Counted from the first letter of the stretch, positions 29,236-38,658 are shown. The stretch is DNA of 64,000 nucleotides from Candidatus Obscuribacterales bacterium (GCA_965228855.1 CBDDIJ010000003.1:960001-1024000); one strand, 5' to 3'. Numbers and translations are program-made. The notes: generated by a model not told the origin, from the sequence alone.

Positions 29236-31344
29236 TTAGATGCCGCCCAGCTGACCATGGTCCGGCGCTCCTTTGAGGACTAGTTTATCGAACGGAATCG
29301 GTGAGCCTATAAGCACATCAAATCCGAGTCTGTTCATGCCGCGAATCATATCGCGAGAAACAAGCACTTTGAAATCCTCAGGACCAATAGCTGCCGATAT
29401 CGACTTTTGATAGAACAGTTTATTGTTCAGGTTGTAGCCCAGACCACCGCCGATAGTGAGGTATTTGGTGACTTTTATGTCTCCGAAAAGGCTGCAAGAC
29501 CGCTGTCCCTGGATAAATTGGTCAAAAACGAACGGTGTGCTTCCGCCAACTTTCGACTGGGTGTAATTGCCCTGGAGCCGTACACGATTTAAACGCATGT
29601 CAAGGATCGGACCAATCTGTCCAAGGGCGCCTTTATCACCGGTCGAGTAAGCACGGGCTGACACGCCGCCGAAGATATATGATTTCACTCCCCACTTGTC
29701 GTTTCCGACGTTAAATAGAGGATGTGTTACCGCCGTGAGCTGTTCTTGAATTTTCAAAGCAGACTTGAAGACGGTTGAGGTTTGCGTGCCGCCAAACAGT
29801 TCTGCATATTGAGGGTTCAGGTTGATCAACTGCGGGTTATCCTGGTAGGCGCCAGCGGACGTCCTGAATTTAACCGCGCTGAGAAACGGCACGTTGCCTA
29901 TCTGGTGACTATCTACGAGCTCAGCGGCCAGCCTGGGTCTTCGGTAACCATACATGCCGTCTTCCATGAAGCGGTTAATTCCCGCGTTGAACTTGAAACC
30001 TTTGCGAATATTGTAGGCTGCGTCCGCAACCATCAAGTGGTTGACGGAGCCAGCGGCAATATTGATTTTCGAGCGCTTCCCTTCGTATGAAACTCTACCG
30101 GATAAACCGATGCCGGCACCGTCCTCATTTCTTGTGCCATCAAGATTGCGACCGCCAATCTGAAGCATCGGCGACCAGCTCAATATTCCTTTCTTGCCCA
30201 TGGCGTGATTGAACTTGGGACCAATGTGCATACCACCGATCTGCAAGTTGTTGGTTATGGAAGGCGAGATCGGAAAAACTACCGTGTTCTCGTTTTTTGA
30301 AATGTTTGCTGAAAATCTAGGCACTGGAATGTCAAAACTTCCCATTTGCAGTTTGCCACCAAATACGGTGAGGTTGCCGCCATCGGTTTTATACTTTTCG
30401 TAAACCATCTTGCGAGCCTTGAACTTGACTGATGGTTTGACCGGCACATATGCGTCTGGGTGGATCATCTTCTGCTGAACTTCAGCCGAGTAGCCGATGG
30501 GACCAATCATAGTGTTTCGCTGAATGTAGATAGGATCAGGCATGGTCAACGAACCTTTTCGGAACGCGATGCCTTCATCCGTACCATAACCTTTGCGAGC
30601 GACGACTGTGGCGCCGTTGATTTCCGTATCAGGGTTGGTTATTAAGTACTCGTCTTTGTTTACCTTAAACTTGAAGGCACTGCCAACGGTGACCTGACCG
30701 TCGCGGGTGATGCGCACGTTCCCTCTGGCATCGATTTCTTCATTGTTCTGATCATACAGAATCATGTCTGCTTCAAGTTTAGAGTTCTGACCACCTATGA
30801 TGGCGACAGCGTTTCCTGTGCCAAGGAATGTGTTTTTCTCCTGGTCGAATTCGGTATCGTCCGCGACAATCTGAATGGTTCCCTTGAGAGTAGTGTCTTC
30901 GTTTATAGACTCCGCCATTGCCGGATCTTCATCTTCTACATCAACTTCGACAGAGAACTTGTCAGGGGCGGTTTTCAAAACCGAGTTCGGCAGCAATGGA
31001 GGACCATCAGCAGACTCTTGAGGCGCCACAGTCTTGATGTCGCCAGTCTCTTCATCCGTTTTTTTTGCAGTATCGGATGCGGTGCTTGGCGTGGTGTCGA
31101 GCTTCGGAGTGAGTGGCAACAGCAGCGTGCCACTCGGAGCATCCGTGCCCGAGGTTGCGCTCAACGCGCCCGGTGGAAGGCTGAGCTGCAATGTTAGAGC
31201 CAAAGAGGCTGCCATAGCCGCAGACCGCAAAGTAGTTGCAGCGGTAAATTCCCTAATGTGTCCGAGGGTAAGCTTGCAACGACCGCCTGTCGTCGACGAT
31301 CGTTCCCCATTTGTCTTATTTGAAAGGCAGATTCGGTCTGTCAT
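29236..31344 (-). CDS. LptD/OstA-like LPS-assembly outer-membrane protein
   Basis: OstA-type beta-jellyroll (IVADDTEFDQ, LEADMILYDQNNEEIDARGNVRITRDGQ) followed by a long amphipathic beta-strand region. True start probably downstream of 31344. Confidence 0.7.
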   Translation of the reverse strand: MTDRICLSNKTNGERSSTTGGRCKLTLGHIREFTAATTLRSAAMAASLALTLQLSLPPGALSATSGTDAPSGTLLLPLTPKLDTTPSTASDTAKKTDEETGDIKTVAPQESADGPPLLPNSVLKTAPDKFSVEVDVEDEDPAMAESINEDTTLKGTIQIVADDTEFDQEKNTFLGTGNAVAIIGGQNSKLEADMILYDQNNEEIDARGNVRITRDGQVTVGSAFKFKVNKDEYLITNPDTEINGATVVARKGYGTDEGIAFRKGSLTMPDPIYIQRNTMIGPIGYSAEVQQKMIHPDAYVPVKPSVKFKARKMVYEKYKTDGGNLTVFGGKLQMGSFDIPVPRFSANISKNENTVVFPISPSITNNLQIGGMHIGPKFNHAMGKKGILSWSPMLQIGGRNLDGTRNEDGAGIGLSGRVSYEGKRSKINIAAGSVNHLMVADAAYNIRKGFKFNAGINRFMEDGMYGYRRPRLAAELVDSHQIGNVPFLSAVKFRTSAGAYQDNPQLINLNPQYAELFGGTQTSTVFKSALKIQEQLTAVTHPLFNVGNDKWGVKSYIFGGVSARAYSTGDKGALGQIGPILDMRLNRVRLQGNYTQSKVGGSTPFVFDQFIQGQRSCSLFGDIKVTKYLTIGGGLGYNLNNKLFYQKSISAAIGPEDFKVLVSRDMIRGMNRLGFDVLIGSPIPFDKLVLKGAPDHGQLGGI

Positions 31345-31769
31345 TCAGTCTCCATTGTGCACCAGCTGTGGTTCCATCGATAGTAATACGGAAAGCGCTG
31401 TTTTGCTATAAACATTCGTCACTCTTGGGCTATGACGATGGTGGCTTCTTCTGGTTCCACGCGATCGCGTCGACTCGCGTTTATTATTGGTCTTTCACAA
31501 AACCAAGCGCGGATGTCAACAATGGCTGTCAATACTACATGGATGGAATCGAGAAGATCAAGCCGAGTAATTTCAGTTACAAGAAGGATGTTAGCAGTTC
31601 CCAAATCATTTCATCGAAACTTAGGCTAAGAACCGCCTACAGACTACGTCTTGCCGTCGAATGATTTGGGATAGCAAAGATGAGAGATTTGTTATCGTCA
31701 AGATTATAATTAACTTGCCCGGCCGAGCTTACCACTGAGCCCTTTTTGGTTTTTAATTGACCTCATAAC

Positions 31770-32933
31770 ATGAACACATTCGTATTCCAGTCCCCAACGA
31801 AAGTTTGCTTTGGCGAGAACAGTGCTGCCACAGCTTTTGATGTTGTCAAGGATTTTGGCGGCTTACGGCCCTTGTTGTTGACCGACAAATTTCTCGTCGA
31901 TAACAATCTAATTGATTCTGTTCTTGACGGCCTGAAAGATGGTGGACTGCCCGAGCCGTTCGTGTTTTGCGATGTGCCATCAGACTCTGATGTCGATTGT
32001 GTGAATTCGGCATCGAGCTACGCAAAAGAAAATGGCTGCGACTCAATCATCGCTGTCGGTGGCGGTTCAGTTATGGACACGGCAAAAGCCACCAACATTT
32101 GTCTGTCTTTGGGCGGAGACTTGCTCGATTACCAGGGCTTGAACAATATCGAAGAACGATTGAAACCCCTGGTCGCCATACCGACTACTGCCGGAACAGG
32201 TTCAGAAGTTTCATTTGTGGCCATGATTAAGGATAGGGTGGAGCACAGGAAGCTTGTTTTCGGAAGCCGATTTTTAGCTCCGGACGCCGCTATTCTCGAC
32301 CCGGTTCTGCTGGTAAGCCTACCTCCCAAGTTAACCGCAGCGACTGGTTTGGATGCGCTAACCCATTGCCTTGAGGCGCTGGTCGCAACAGTGACAAACT
32401 CAGCGGTTTCTGATGCATTGGCACTCGAAGCGGCCCGCTTAATTTTCGATTACCTTCCTCGTGCCACCAAAAACGGTGATGATGTCGAGGCTCGCGGTCA
32501 GACGCTCGTTGCCAGCACCATGGCTGGAATCGCGTTTAGCAATTCAGGGGTAGGAATAGTTCATGCCCTGGCGCACGCAACCGGTGCGAGATTTCAAACT
32601 CACCATGGAATTACCAACGCCGTATATCTGCCGCATGGCATGCGCTTTAACATCGCATATTCAAGTGAGATCTATGGGAAAGTCGCTCGTGCACTTGGTT
32701 TTTCAAAGAGTTTGGATGATAATGAAGCTAGTGAGGCGCTCGTCGCAGCCGTTGAGCAATTACTAGAGGAGGTCGGGCTTCCTAACAATCTGAGGGCAAT
32801 TGGTGTGCCGGAGATGAAGGACGCGGAGCTGGATGAATGGGTCACTCTTGTAGCTGAGGATCCTGCCATCATTTTCAATCCGCGCGAAGCCACGGCTGAA
32901 GACATTGTCGCAATTTATAAGAGGGCGTATTAA
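31770..32933 (+). CDS. Iron-containing alcohol dehydrogenase
   Basis: GGGSVMD, PTTAGTGSE, DALTHCLE, HALAH and HG metal ligands. Confidence 0.93.
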   Translation: MNTFVFQSPTKVCFGENSAATAFDVVKDFGGLRPLLLTDKFLVDNNLIDSVLDGLKDGGLPEPFVFCDVPSDSDVDCVNSASSYAKENGCDSIIAVGGGSVMDTAKATNICLSLGGDLLDYQGLNNIEERLKPLVAIPTTAGTGSEVSFVAMIKDRVEHRKLVFGSRFLAPDAAILDPVLLVSLPPKLTAATGLDALTHCLEALVATVTNSAVSDALALEAARLIFDYLPRATKNGDDVEARGQTLVASTMAGIAFSNSGVGIVHALAHATGARFQTHHGITNAVYLPHGMRFNIAYSSEIYGKVARALGFSKSLDDNEASEALVAAVEQLLEEVGLPNNLRAIGVPEMKDAELDEWVTLVAEDPAIIFNPREATAEDIVAIYKRAY

Positions 32934-33349
32934 TGCCGTTTTTCAGCAGCACAGAAGAAGTTCAAAAAATTATGGAAGCGCTTTGGACCGAGATTCGCGA
33001 GAATCCGGAGATTGCGGCACCACTTCTTGATTCGAAGCTGATAGTTCGGTTTCATTACCGTGAACCCGAAGGCCGACTGACCATCGACTGCTCCGATGGT
33101 CATAATATGCTCATTATTTGGGGCGAATACGAAAAGAAGCCAACGGTCGAGATGTTCATGAAAGCGGATATCGCTCATCAATTCTGGCTTGGAAATGTAA
33201 ATGTCCCTGTCTATCTTATTTCAGGGAAAATCGTCGCGAAGGGACCGGTTAACAAAGCACTTGCGCTACTGCCCGTGGTGAAGCCGGCTTTTCGGATTTA
33301 CTCGAGTATTTTTGAAGATACTTTGAATCGTCCGCTGATTTCGGCATAA
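32933..33349 (+). CDS. SCP2 sterol/lipid-binding domain protein
   Basis: 138 aa with MKADIAHQFWLGNVNVPVYLISGKIVAKGPVNKALALLP, typical of the SCP2 C-terminal half. TAATG overlap with the ADH gene. Confidence 0.75.
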   Translation: MPFFSSTEEVQKIMEALWTEIRENPEIAAPLLDSKLIVRFHYREPEGRLTIDCSDGHNMLIIWGEYEKKPTVEMFMKADIAHQFWLGNVNVPVYLISGKIVAKGPVNKALALLPVVKPAFRIYSSIFEDTLNRPLISA

Positions 33350-33358
33350 CTCTGGCAC

Positions 33359-33386
33359 TTTCGTAAACCGATATCGGTTTACGAAA
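33359..33386. repeat. Palindromic REP-like element, copy 4
   Basis: Perfect 28-bp palindrome TTTCGTAAACCGATATCGGTTTACGAAA, 9 nt after the SCP2 stop. Confidence 0.92.
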
Positions 33387-33469
33387 CCGGAACCTTTACG
33401 TGCTGAGCGATTTCTTAATTGCGTTTGTCTGGTAATCAAGGCTGCCGAATGGTAACCTGAGCCTCTGTT

Positions 33470-34615
33470 TTGTATCAATCGGCGGAGTTGACTTTGGCTG
33501 GCGCTTCGGCAGGTCTTGTTGTTGCAATCGGAGAACTCGTCGTCGACTGGATTTCGACTAGCAAAGGCGGCGGCTTCATCGAGTCGAATACTTTCGTCAA
33601 AAGTTTAGGTGGAAATGCATCGAACGTAGCAATTGCTCTTTCACGATTAGGAACTCGTTCAAAAATTCTAGCCAAAGTGGGAAACGACATTCATGGCAAG
33701 TACTTGGTACATGTGCTTGCCAAAGAAGGTGTTGATACATCCGGCGTTTTCGTAGATGAAGAGGCTCCAACCGCTCAGTGTTACGTGTTCACCACTCTTG
33801 ATGAGGACAATACTTTTTTAAACTGGCCGCCCGGAAATGCTGCTCAGAGACTCACCACTGGTGATATCACTGAAGATCGGCTTGTCGGGGCATCGTGTAT
33901 TCACACGACTGGAATATCATTGTCCCACGAACCTCGAAGATCCGCAGTCCTAGCGACTCTAGAGCGAGCTAAACAGCTTGGAATCATGGTGTCCTTTGAC
34001 GCCAGCTTCCCAACTGGCGAGGGAAAAGGGTCGATTGAAGCGCTGGAAACCGCAGCGTCTCTGGCAGATGTCGTAAAGGTCAATCTACTGGAACTGTTTT
34101 TTTGGGCTCGACATATCGGTGCCGAGGTAAGAGATTCTGACCTTGATTTCATCTCTGCCTATGAGCACCCTCCATCCTCTGGTCAAGAGTCTAAAACTTC
34201 TTCTGTCGCACCTGACCTTTCTGAAAAACGAATAGGTTATCTCGCGAAGAGTTTGTTCTCAGCGTTCAAACCAAAGATCCTTTTAGTAACCATGGCCCAT
34301 CACGGCTCCCTGATTCTTACCGTCAACGGCGAGACCTGGGGAAACGCGTATGAGGTGCAAACACTCTCTGGCGTTGGTGCCGGTGACGCCTACATTGCGG
34401 GGTTCATTCATGCACTGATGCAGCGAGCAGATGGTTGTGATGTCGTGAACACCCTAGATTCACTCACCGGTGAGCAGATTGAGCGATGCAATAATTTTGC
34501 CAGCGCCGTTGGAGCGTTGTGTACAACTCATGTTAGCGCTTACGAAGGCTTGCCAACGCTACCGGAAGTGGAAGAATTGCTCGCGTCGAACCTTAGGTCT
34601 GCAGGAAATCGATAG
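33470..34615 (+). CDS. PfkB family carbohydrate kinase (fructokinase-like)
   Basis: GGNASNVAIALSRLG, VGNDIHG, VVKVNLLE and GAGDAYIAGF signatures. Start codon uncertain. Confidence 0.9.
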   Translation: MYQSAELTLAGASAGLVVAIGELVVDWISTSKGGGFIESNTFVKSLGGNASNVAIALSRLGTRSKILAKVGNDIHGKYLVHVLAKEGVDTSGVFVDEEAPTAQCYVFTTLDEDNTFLNWPPGNAAQRLTTGDITEDRLVGASCIHTTGISLSHEPRRSAVLATLERAKQLGIMVSFDASFPTGEGKGSIEALETAASLADVVKVNLLELFFWARHIGAEVRDSDLDFISAYEHPPSSGQESKTSSVAPDLSEKRIGYLAKSLFSAFKPKILLVTMAHHGSLILTVNGETWGNAYEVQTLSGVGAGDAYIAGFIHALMQRADGCDVVNTLDSLTGEQIERCNNFASAVGALCTTHVSAYEGLPTLPEVEELLASNLRSAGNR

Positions 34616-34634
34616 AATCGCGACCGACTAAATC

Positions 34635-35735
34635 TCAACAGTGTGAAGCCTGCTGACCGGCTACTTGCAAAACTTGTGGCGACACATAAGAAAGCACCTC
34701 TTTATTCGTGATCGGGGGCGAAGCAAATATGGCGTTGGTGAATCGTCCTTCTCTCCAGAATTCTCGGTCACTGTGATACCAGTGGAACGACAAATACAGC
34801 TGTAGTGCCTTTTGACTGATGCCTTGATATTCTTCGGTGATGAATGTGGTTGCTGATTCTTTCAGATTGGGGTTTAAATCGGCGCCAATGACTTTAGGTG
34901 TGGGAATGACTGACCTGTACTTGTGTATGTATGCTCCTCTTTCAAACAGAAATCCTGCGATTTCTACCACGGACAAGTTTTCTGAGAAACGTTGAAGCGA
35001 CTGGTTCGATTTGTACCAGAGATGATCGAAGGCCATCGCCTCTTGATCCATAATTCCAAAAAGTTCTTGTTGTTCAGGTGAGAGTCGATCAAACGAACGC
35101 GAATGTTCTTCCATGAGCGAAATAGAAATTATTTCTCCAGTCTTGGAATTTCGTACAGTCTTTTTAATAGTCCTCGGTTCGATAAGATGTTTTCCTGTGG
35201 CGGGTTGTTGTTCCACTCTTGGGTGCTGACGCGCCGGTGTCTCGCGACTTCGTTTTTTGACTACTTCTTTCAATTCGCTACAGTGAATCTCTTCCAGTGG
35301 TTCGTTTGCCATCAGGCGCGCTATTACGATTCCACTTTTTTTGATCATGTTCAAACTTGTCGAGTAGCACACCGACGAGTGTCTCTCGAACTCACTTGCA
35401 TTTACTGAGATACCGTTTTCCATCAAGGAAATCAGAAATAAATACTCAAGTGTCGACTCTCGCCGCATGCGATTGAAGAATGTTCCAGAAGTAAACGATT
35501 GTCTGTGCTTGCACGAGACACAAACAATTTTTCTGGTCCCAGCAGTTCTGACAAAATCGCGCCCTAGACATTTCTTGCAGCGCAGCGAACCGCTTAATGC
35601 CAGGCGTGAATACAACAAATCTTCTCCCTGCTCGATTGATGTAACCTCGCTATCGAACTTCTCTCGCATCAGCTTGAGAAGTGCTTCCTTGTTCTGGTTG
35701 CGAGGAACAGTATTTTTGGAATTACGCTTTTTCAT
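34635..35735 (-). CDS. IS1595-transposase-derived protein (Zn ribbon + HTH + winged helix; no DDE core recognised)
   Basis: CKKC...CVSCKHRQSFTSGTFF zinc ribbon; GISVNASEFERHSSVCYSTSLNMIKK HTH; C-terminal EYQGISQKALQLYL resembling the IS1595 YHxVSxKHLxxYL motif. GGAGG RBS. Confidence 0.65.
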   Translation of the reverse strand: MKKRNSKNTVPRNQNKEALLKLMREKFDSEVTSIEQGEDLLYSRLALSGSLRCKKCLGRDFVRTAGTRKIVCVSCKHRQSFTSGTFFNRMRRESTLEYLFLISLMENGISVNASEFERHSSVCYSTSLNMIKKSGIVIARLMANEPLEEIHCSELKEVVKKRSRETPARQHPRVEQQPATGKHLIEPRTIKKTVRNSKTGEIISISLMEEHSRSFDRLSPEQQELFGIMDQEAMAFDHLWYKSNQSLQRFSENLSVVEIAGFLFERGAYIHKYRSVIPTPKVIGADLNPNLKESATTFITEEYQGISQKALQLYLSFHWYHSDREFWREGRFTNAIFASPPITNKEVLSYVSPQVLQVAGQQASHC

Positions 35736-36167
35736 AACAGCCCTCCAGTAATAAAATCGTGAGCTCCTATTTTTTTAAACGTATTTCTGAACCAAAAAGT
35801 TCAATCGCACACCCCTCAAAGATGCACAAACTGTCAAGGCCCATGGAAATTTTATTTTGTGGGGCGTGTTAACTCACGGTCGTTGCGGATTGTTGAATGA
35901 GGTGACCTAGCAACCATCTCATCTCGCACTTTTGAACAAAGCGCATTATCAAAGTTCGCCGTCGAGCACTTGAGCACAAGGCTTTGGTGATGCCGCATGT
36001 GGTATCACATCTGTCTGGTTCTTAGTCGCACAATTGGGTTCTGAGAGACCGACAATTACCCCTGATTATTAACCGGATTAAATAAACGTCCGATCAACCT
36101 TCCCTGAAAGCCCGACTGCGTGAGCGATTTAAATGGTGTAATTCCCATGACAACGCTAGAAAATATT

Positions 36168-36195
36168 TTGCATTTTCTCATTTTGGCGCTACACT
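36168..36195 (+). promoter_or_regulatory. Candidate sigma70 promoter for the 50-aa ORF
   Basis: TTGCAT (36168-36173), 16-nt spacer, TACACT (36190-36195), in AT-rich context. Confidence 0.45.
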
Positions 36196-36230
36196 GTTTC
36201 TACTCACTCTAATGATCGCGGGTCCGATCT

Positions 36231-36383
36231 ATGGAACTAATCGCGCAACTCGTGGACCTTTTCCACGGAATTTCACTGACTATTATTGTTGCAATCATCG
36301 GCTGCACAATGGCGATGAGTGTTTTTCTGTGGAAAGTTTTGTTCGACTCCGATTTCTTCAGCAATTACGACAGGAATTTGTAA
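36231..36383 (+). CDS. 50-aa single-pass membrane small protein
   Basis: Manual translation: MELIAQLVDLFHGISLTIIVAIIGCTMAMSVFLWKVLFDSDFFSNYDRNL. One clear TM helix, bracketed by a candidate promoter and a terminator. Below the ORF-track length cutoff. Confidence 0.6.
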   Translation: MELIAQLVDLFHGISLTIIVAIIGCTMAMSVFLWKVLFDSDFFSNYDRNL

Positions 36384-36405
36384 GCTCGGGCCTTTACCGT
36401 TACGG

Positions 36406-36440
36406 TGAGCGTCTCCACGATCGCAGGAGACGCTCATTTT
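36406..36440 (+). terminator. Intrinsic terminator after the small ORF
   Basis: Perfect 11-bp stem TGAGCGTCTCC/GGAGACGCTCA followed by TTTT. Confidence 0.8.
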
Positions 36441-36458
36441 GGTTTTCACACATCGAAT

Positions 36459-36484
36459 TTTCTAAAGCGATATCGGTTTAGAAA
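36459..36484. repeat. Palindromic REP-like element, copy 5
   Basis: TTTCTAAAGCGATATCGGTTTAGAAA, one mismatch, 15 nt past the yedF stop. Confidence 0.85.
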
Positions 36485-36499
36485 TGAAGACAACTGGCA

Positions 36500-37120
36500 T
36501 TAAGGCGTTAGAACTCTGTCTGCCGTCATTAAGAACTCACAGATGTTAAACATGTTTGTGATTTGGTCTGCCGGCACTTTGTCTTTCAATGCGTAGTGTT
36601 CCAGGCAAAGACCGCATGCCAGAACTTCGCAACCTGCTTCGGCGAATCCATTGAGCACCTGAAGCACGCTGCCCTCCGGATCCATAAGTTTGACGCCGCT
36701 GTTTGCCAGAAGAATAGCTCTCGGTCTGTGCCCGGAGTCGAATAGTGTCTGCAAAAAAACATTCATCAAGCTCTGGCTAAAATCAGGATCGCCCTGCCCG
36801 AAAGTATCTTTGGCGAGGAAAACGACTGTGCCTACGCGGTTTTTATTGGTTTCTCTCTGCGATTCTTTGATGGCCAGCTCTTCAAGTTCAGTTCGCGGCG
36901 AGGGATCGCCTTTCGTCAAGACGATACGATAGAAATCCCCTTCATTGGAGCAGCTCATTGAGACGTTTTGAGAGCGCGCCAGTCGAGCCAAATTTTTGAC
37001 GTTGACTTCGGATTCAACTAGCGCCTCTATCTTTTTAGTGTCCTTGTCATCAAGTAGTCGTTTTGTTCTAATTACCGGCTCTGGGCAAACCAAACCTCGA
37101 AGGTCAATTTCTCTGTTCAT
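36500..37120 (-). CDS. yedF: Selenium-metabolism sulfurtransferase-like protein YedF (TusA/SirA + DsrE domains)
   Basis: IDLRGLVCPEPVIRTK (TusA CPxP) fused to a DsrE-like domain (FGQGDPDFSQSLM, LANSGVKL, LACGLCLEHY, ITNM). Directly downstream of selD. Confidence 0.85.
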   Translation of the reverse strand: MNREIDLRGLVCPEPVIRTKRLLDDKDTKKIEALVESEVNVKNLARLARSQNVSMSCSNEGDFYRIVLTKGDPSPRTELEELAIKESQRETNKNRVGTVVFLAKDTFGQGDPDFSQSLMNVFLQTLFDSGHRPRAILLANSGVKLMDPEGSVLQVLNGFAEAGCEVLACGLCLEHYALKDKVPADQITNMFNICEFLMTADRVLTP

Positions 37121-37203
37121 CTCAGTTAAATCCTGGTCTTTCTTCTTGTGCGACTCCTGGAAATTGGTCTCTTTTGGGACCAATCGCGGACGTCTAGTGT
37201 ATA

Positions 37204-38277
37204 TCAATTGGCGGTCACTTCGACCGTGCCCATTGACTCGTTGTGTTCAAGCGGCAACATCTCGCCGATTATGGAGGCCTGGAGATTAAGGTCCTTCAGG
37301 TCTTCTACGAGTTGCTCAGCATGGTCTGGTTTAAGAGAGAACAGAAGCCCGCCGGAAGTTTGCGGATCAAACAGAAGATCCTCCCATTCCAACTCTACCT
37401 TATTAAGGTAGTTGACCCTTGCATTAAACGACTCTCGGTTTCCATATGCGCCAGCTGGGACGAGACCTTGCTGTGCCAATTCAACAACCTCCGGAAGAAT
37501 ACAAACCGAACTAAGATTCAGTCGCGACTTCAAAGAGCTCGCTTTAGCCATTTCATGTAGATGCCCTGTTAAACCGAAACCGGTGACATCGGTGAGCGCA
37601 TGGATTTCGTATTGTCGACCAGCCTTCAAAGCATCAGAATTCAATGTGGTTAAGCTGCGGATTAGTTCATTGCGAGCGCCTTCCGAAAGCATGCCTGCCT
37701 TCATTCCAAGTAAAGCAACTCCCGATCCAATAGGTTTCGTGAGCACCAACTTGTCAAAAGGTTGGGCACCACCATTGGTGAATACTTCTTTGGGGTTAAC
37801 GAGTCCTGTGACTGCCAATCCATATACAGGCTGCTCTAACTGGATCGAGTGTCCACCAGCAATTACGGCGCCGGCCTTCTCGACTTGATCGGCACCACCA
37901 CGAAGAATTTCTACCAGAACGTCCTCTTCAAAATCGCACGTTGGAAAGCAAACTATATTCAATGCGAGCACAGGTTTGCCACCCATGGCGTATATGTCGG
38001 AAAGCGCATTGGCAGCGGCAATCTGACCGAAGAGATATGGATCGTCTATAACAGGTGGAAAGAAATCGATCGTTTCCACAATTGCAAGATCTTCTGAAAT
38101 TTTGTAAACAGCTGCATCTTCGAAGTTCCCGATACCAGCGATTAGCTCAGGAGTTGTTTTGGATGGAATGCGCGCAAGCAATTTCGACAACTCTGCAGAA
38201 CCAAGCTTTGCCGCGCAGCCTCCGGCTTTTATATTCGAAGTCAAACGCCTTTGTTCGTATTCAATTTTTTCGGACAT
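37204..38277 (-). CDS. selD: Selenophosphate synthetase (Cys form)
   Basis: RLT...GGCAAKL, EDAAVY, TIDFFPP, AANALSDIYAMGG, GGHS, TDVTGFGL and DPQTSGGLL motifs. The active-site codon is TGC. Confidence 0.95.
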   Translation of the reverse strand: MSEKIEYEQRRLTSNIKAGGCAAKLGSAELSKLLARIPSKTTPELIAGIGNFEDAAVYKISEDLAIVETIDFFPPVIDDPYLFGQIAAANALSDIYAMGGKPVLALNIVCFPTCDFEEDVLVEILRGGADQVEKAGAVIAGGHSIQLEQPVYGLAVTGLVNPKEVFTNGGAQPFDKLVLTKPIGSGVALLGMKAGMLSEGARNELIRSLTTLNSDALKAGRQYEIHALTDVTGFGLTGHLHEMAKASSLKSRLNLSSVCILPEVVELAQQGLVPAGAYGNRESFNARVNYLNKVELEWEDLLFDPQTSGGLLFSLKPDHAEQLVEDLKDLNLQASIIGEMLPLEHNESMGTVEVTAN

Positions 38278-38658
38278 ACAATGGTGCCATCCTTGTATAC
38301 ATATAAGACCCGCATTATGACATAGTTTTGGACCATTCAAAAATCGAAAGTTTCTTTCTGCGGAGAGCCAATTTCCAGAAACCCGCGCCGGGCGGCTCTT
38401 TGGAAACGCCCACGACAAGCAGCTCTTGAAAGTCGTATTTTTGGTTAGTCCAAAGAAGCTTTTAGATTAGTTTCACCAATAATGTGTGTTTATGGGCGTT
38501 CCAGCCCTTTCAAAAACGGGGCGATACGTGTAAATTTAAATCGGAAGCCAATGAATTACTCGCACATGGGCGCAGACTTGCGGACGCCCCGTGCGCGTAA
38601 GGTTTCGTTTGTTTTCTTCATACCATCTTACGTAGTGAATTGATAAGGGACCATTCCG

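Noticed and set aside
31311..31664. Short ORFs between the lptD-like gene and the ADH gene
   Set aside because: Three mutually overlapping frames with no motifs; more likely a divergent promoter region (TATAAT at 31705).
34616..36230. Intact IS1595 element
   Set aside because: No terminal inverted repeats, target duplication or DDE motifs were visible.
36212..36481. 89-aa ORF in the track
   Set aside because: Runs through the terminator and the palindrome; the 50-aa frame at 36231-36383 fits the flanking signals better.
38200..38280. Selenocysteine (UGA) in selD, or a tRNA-Sec nearby
   Set aside because: The active-site codon is TGC, and I found no tRNA cloverleaf in the flanking gaps.
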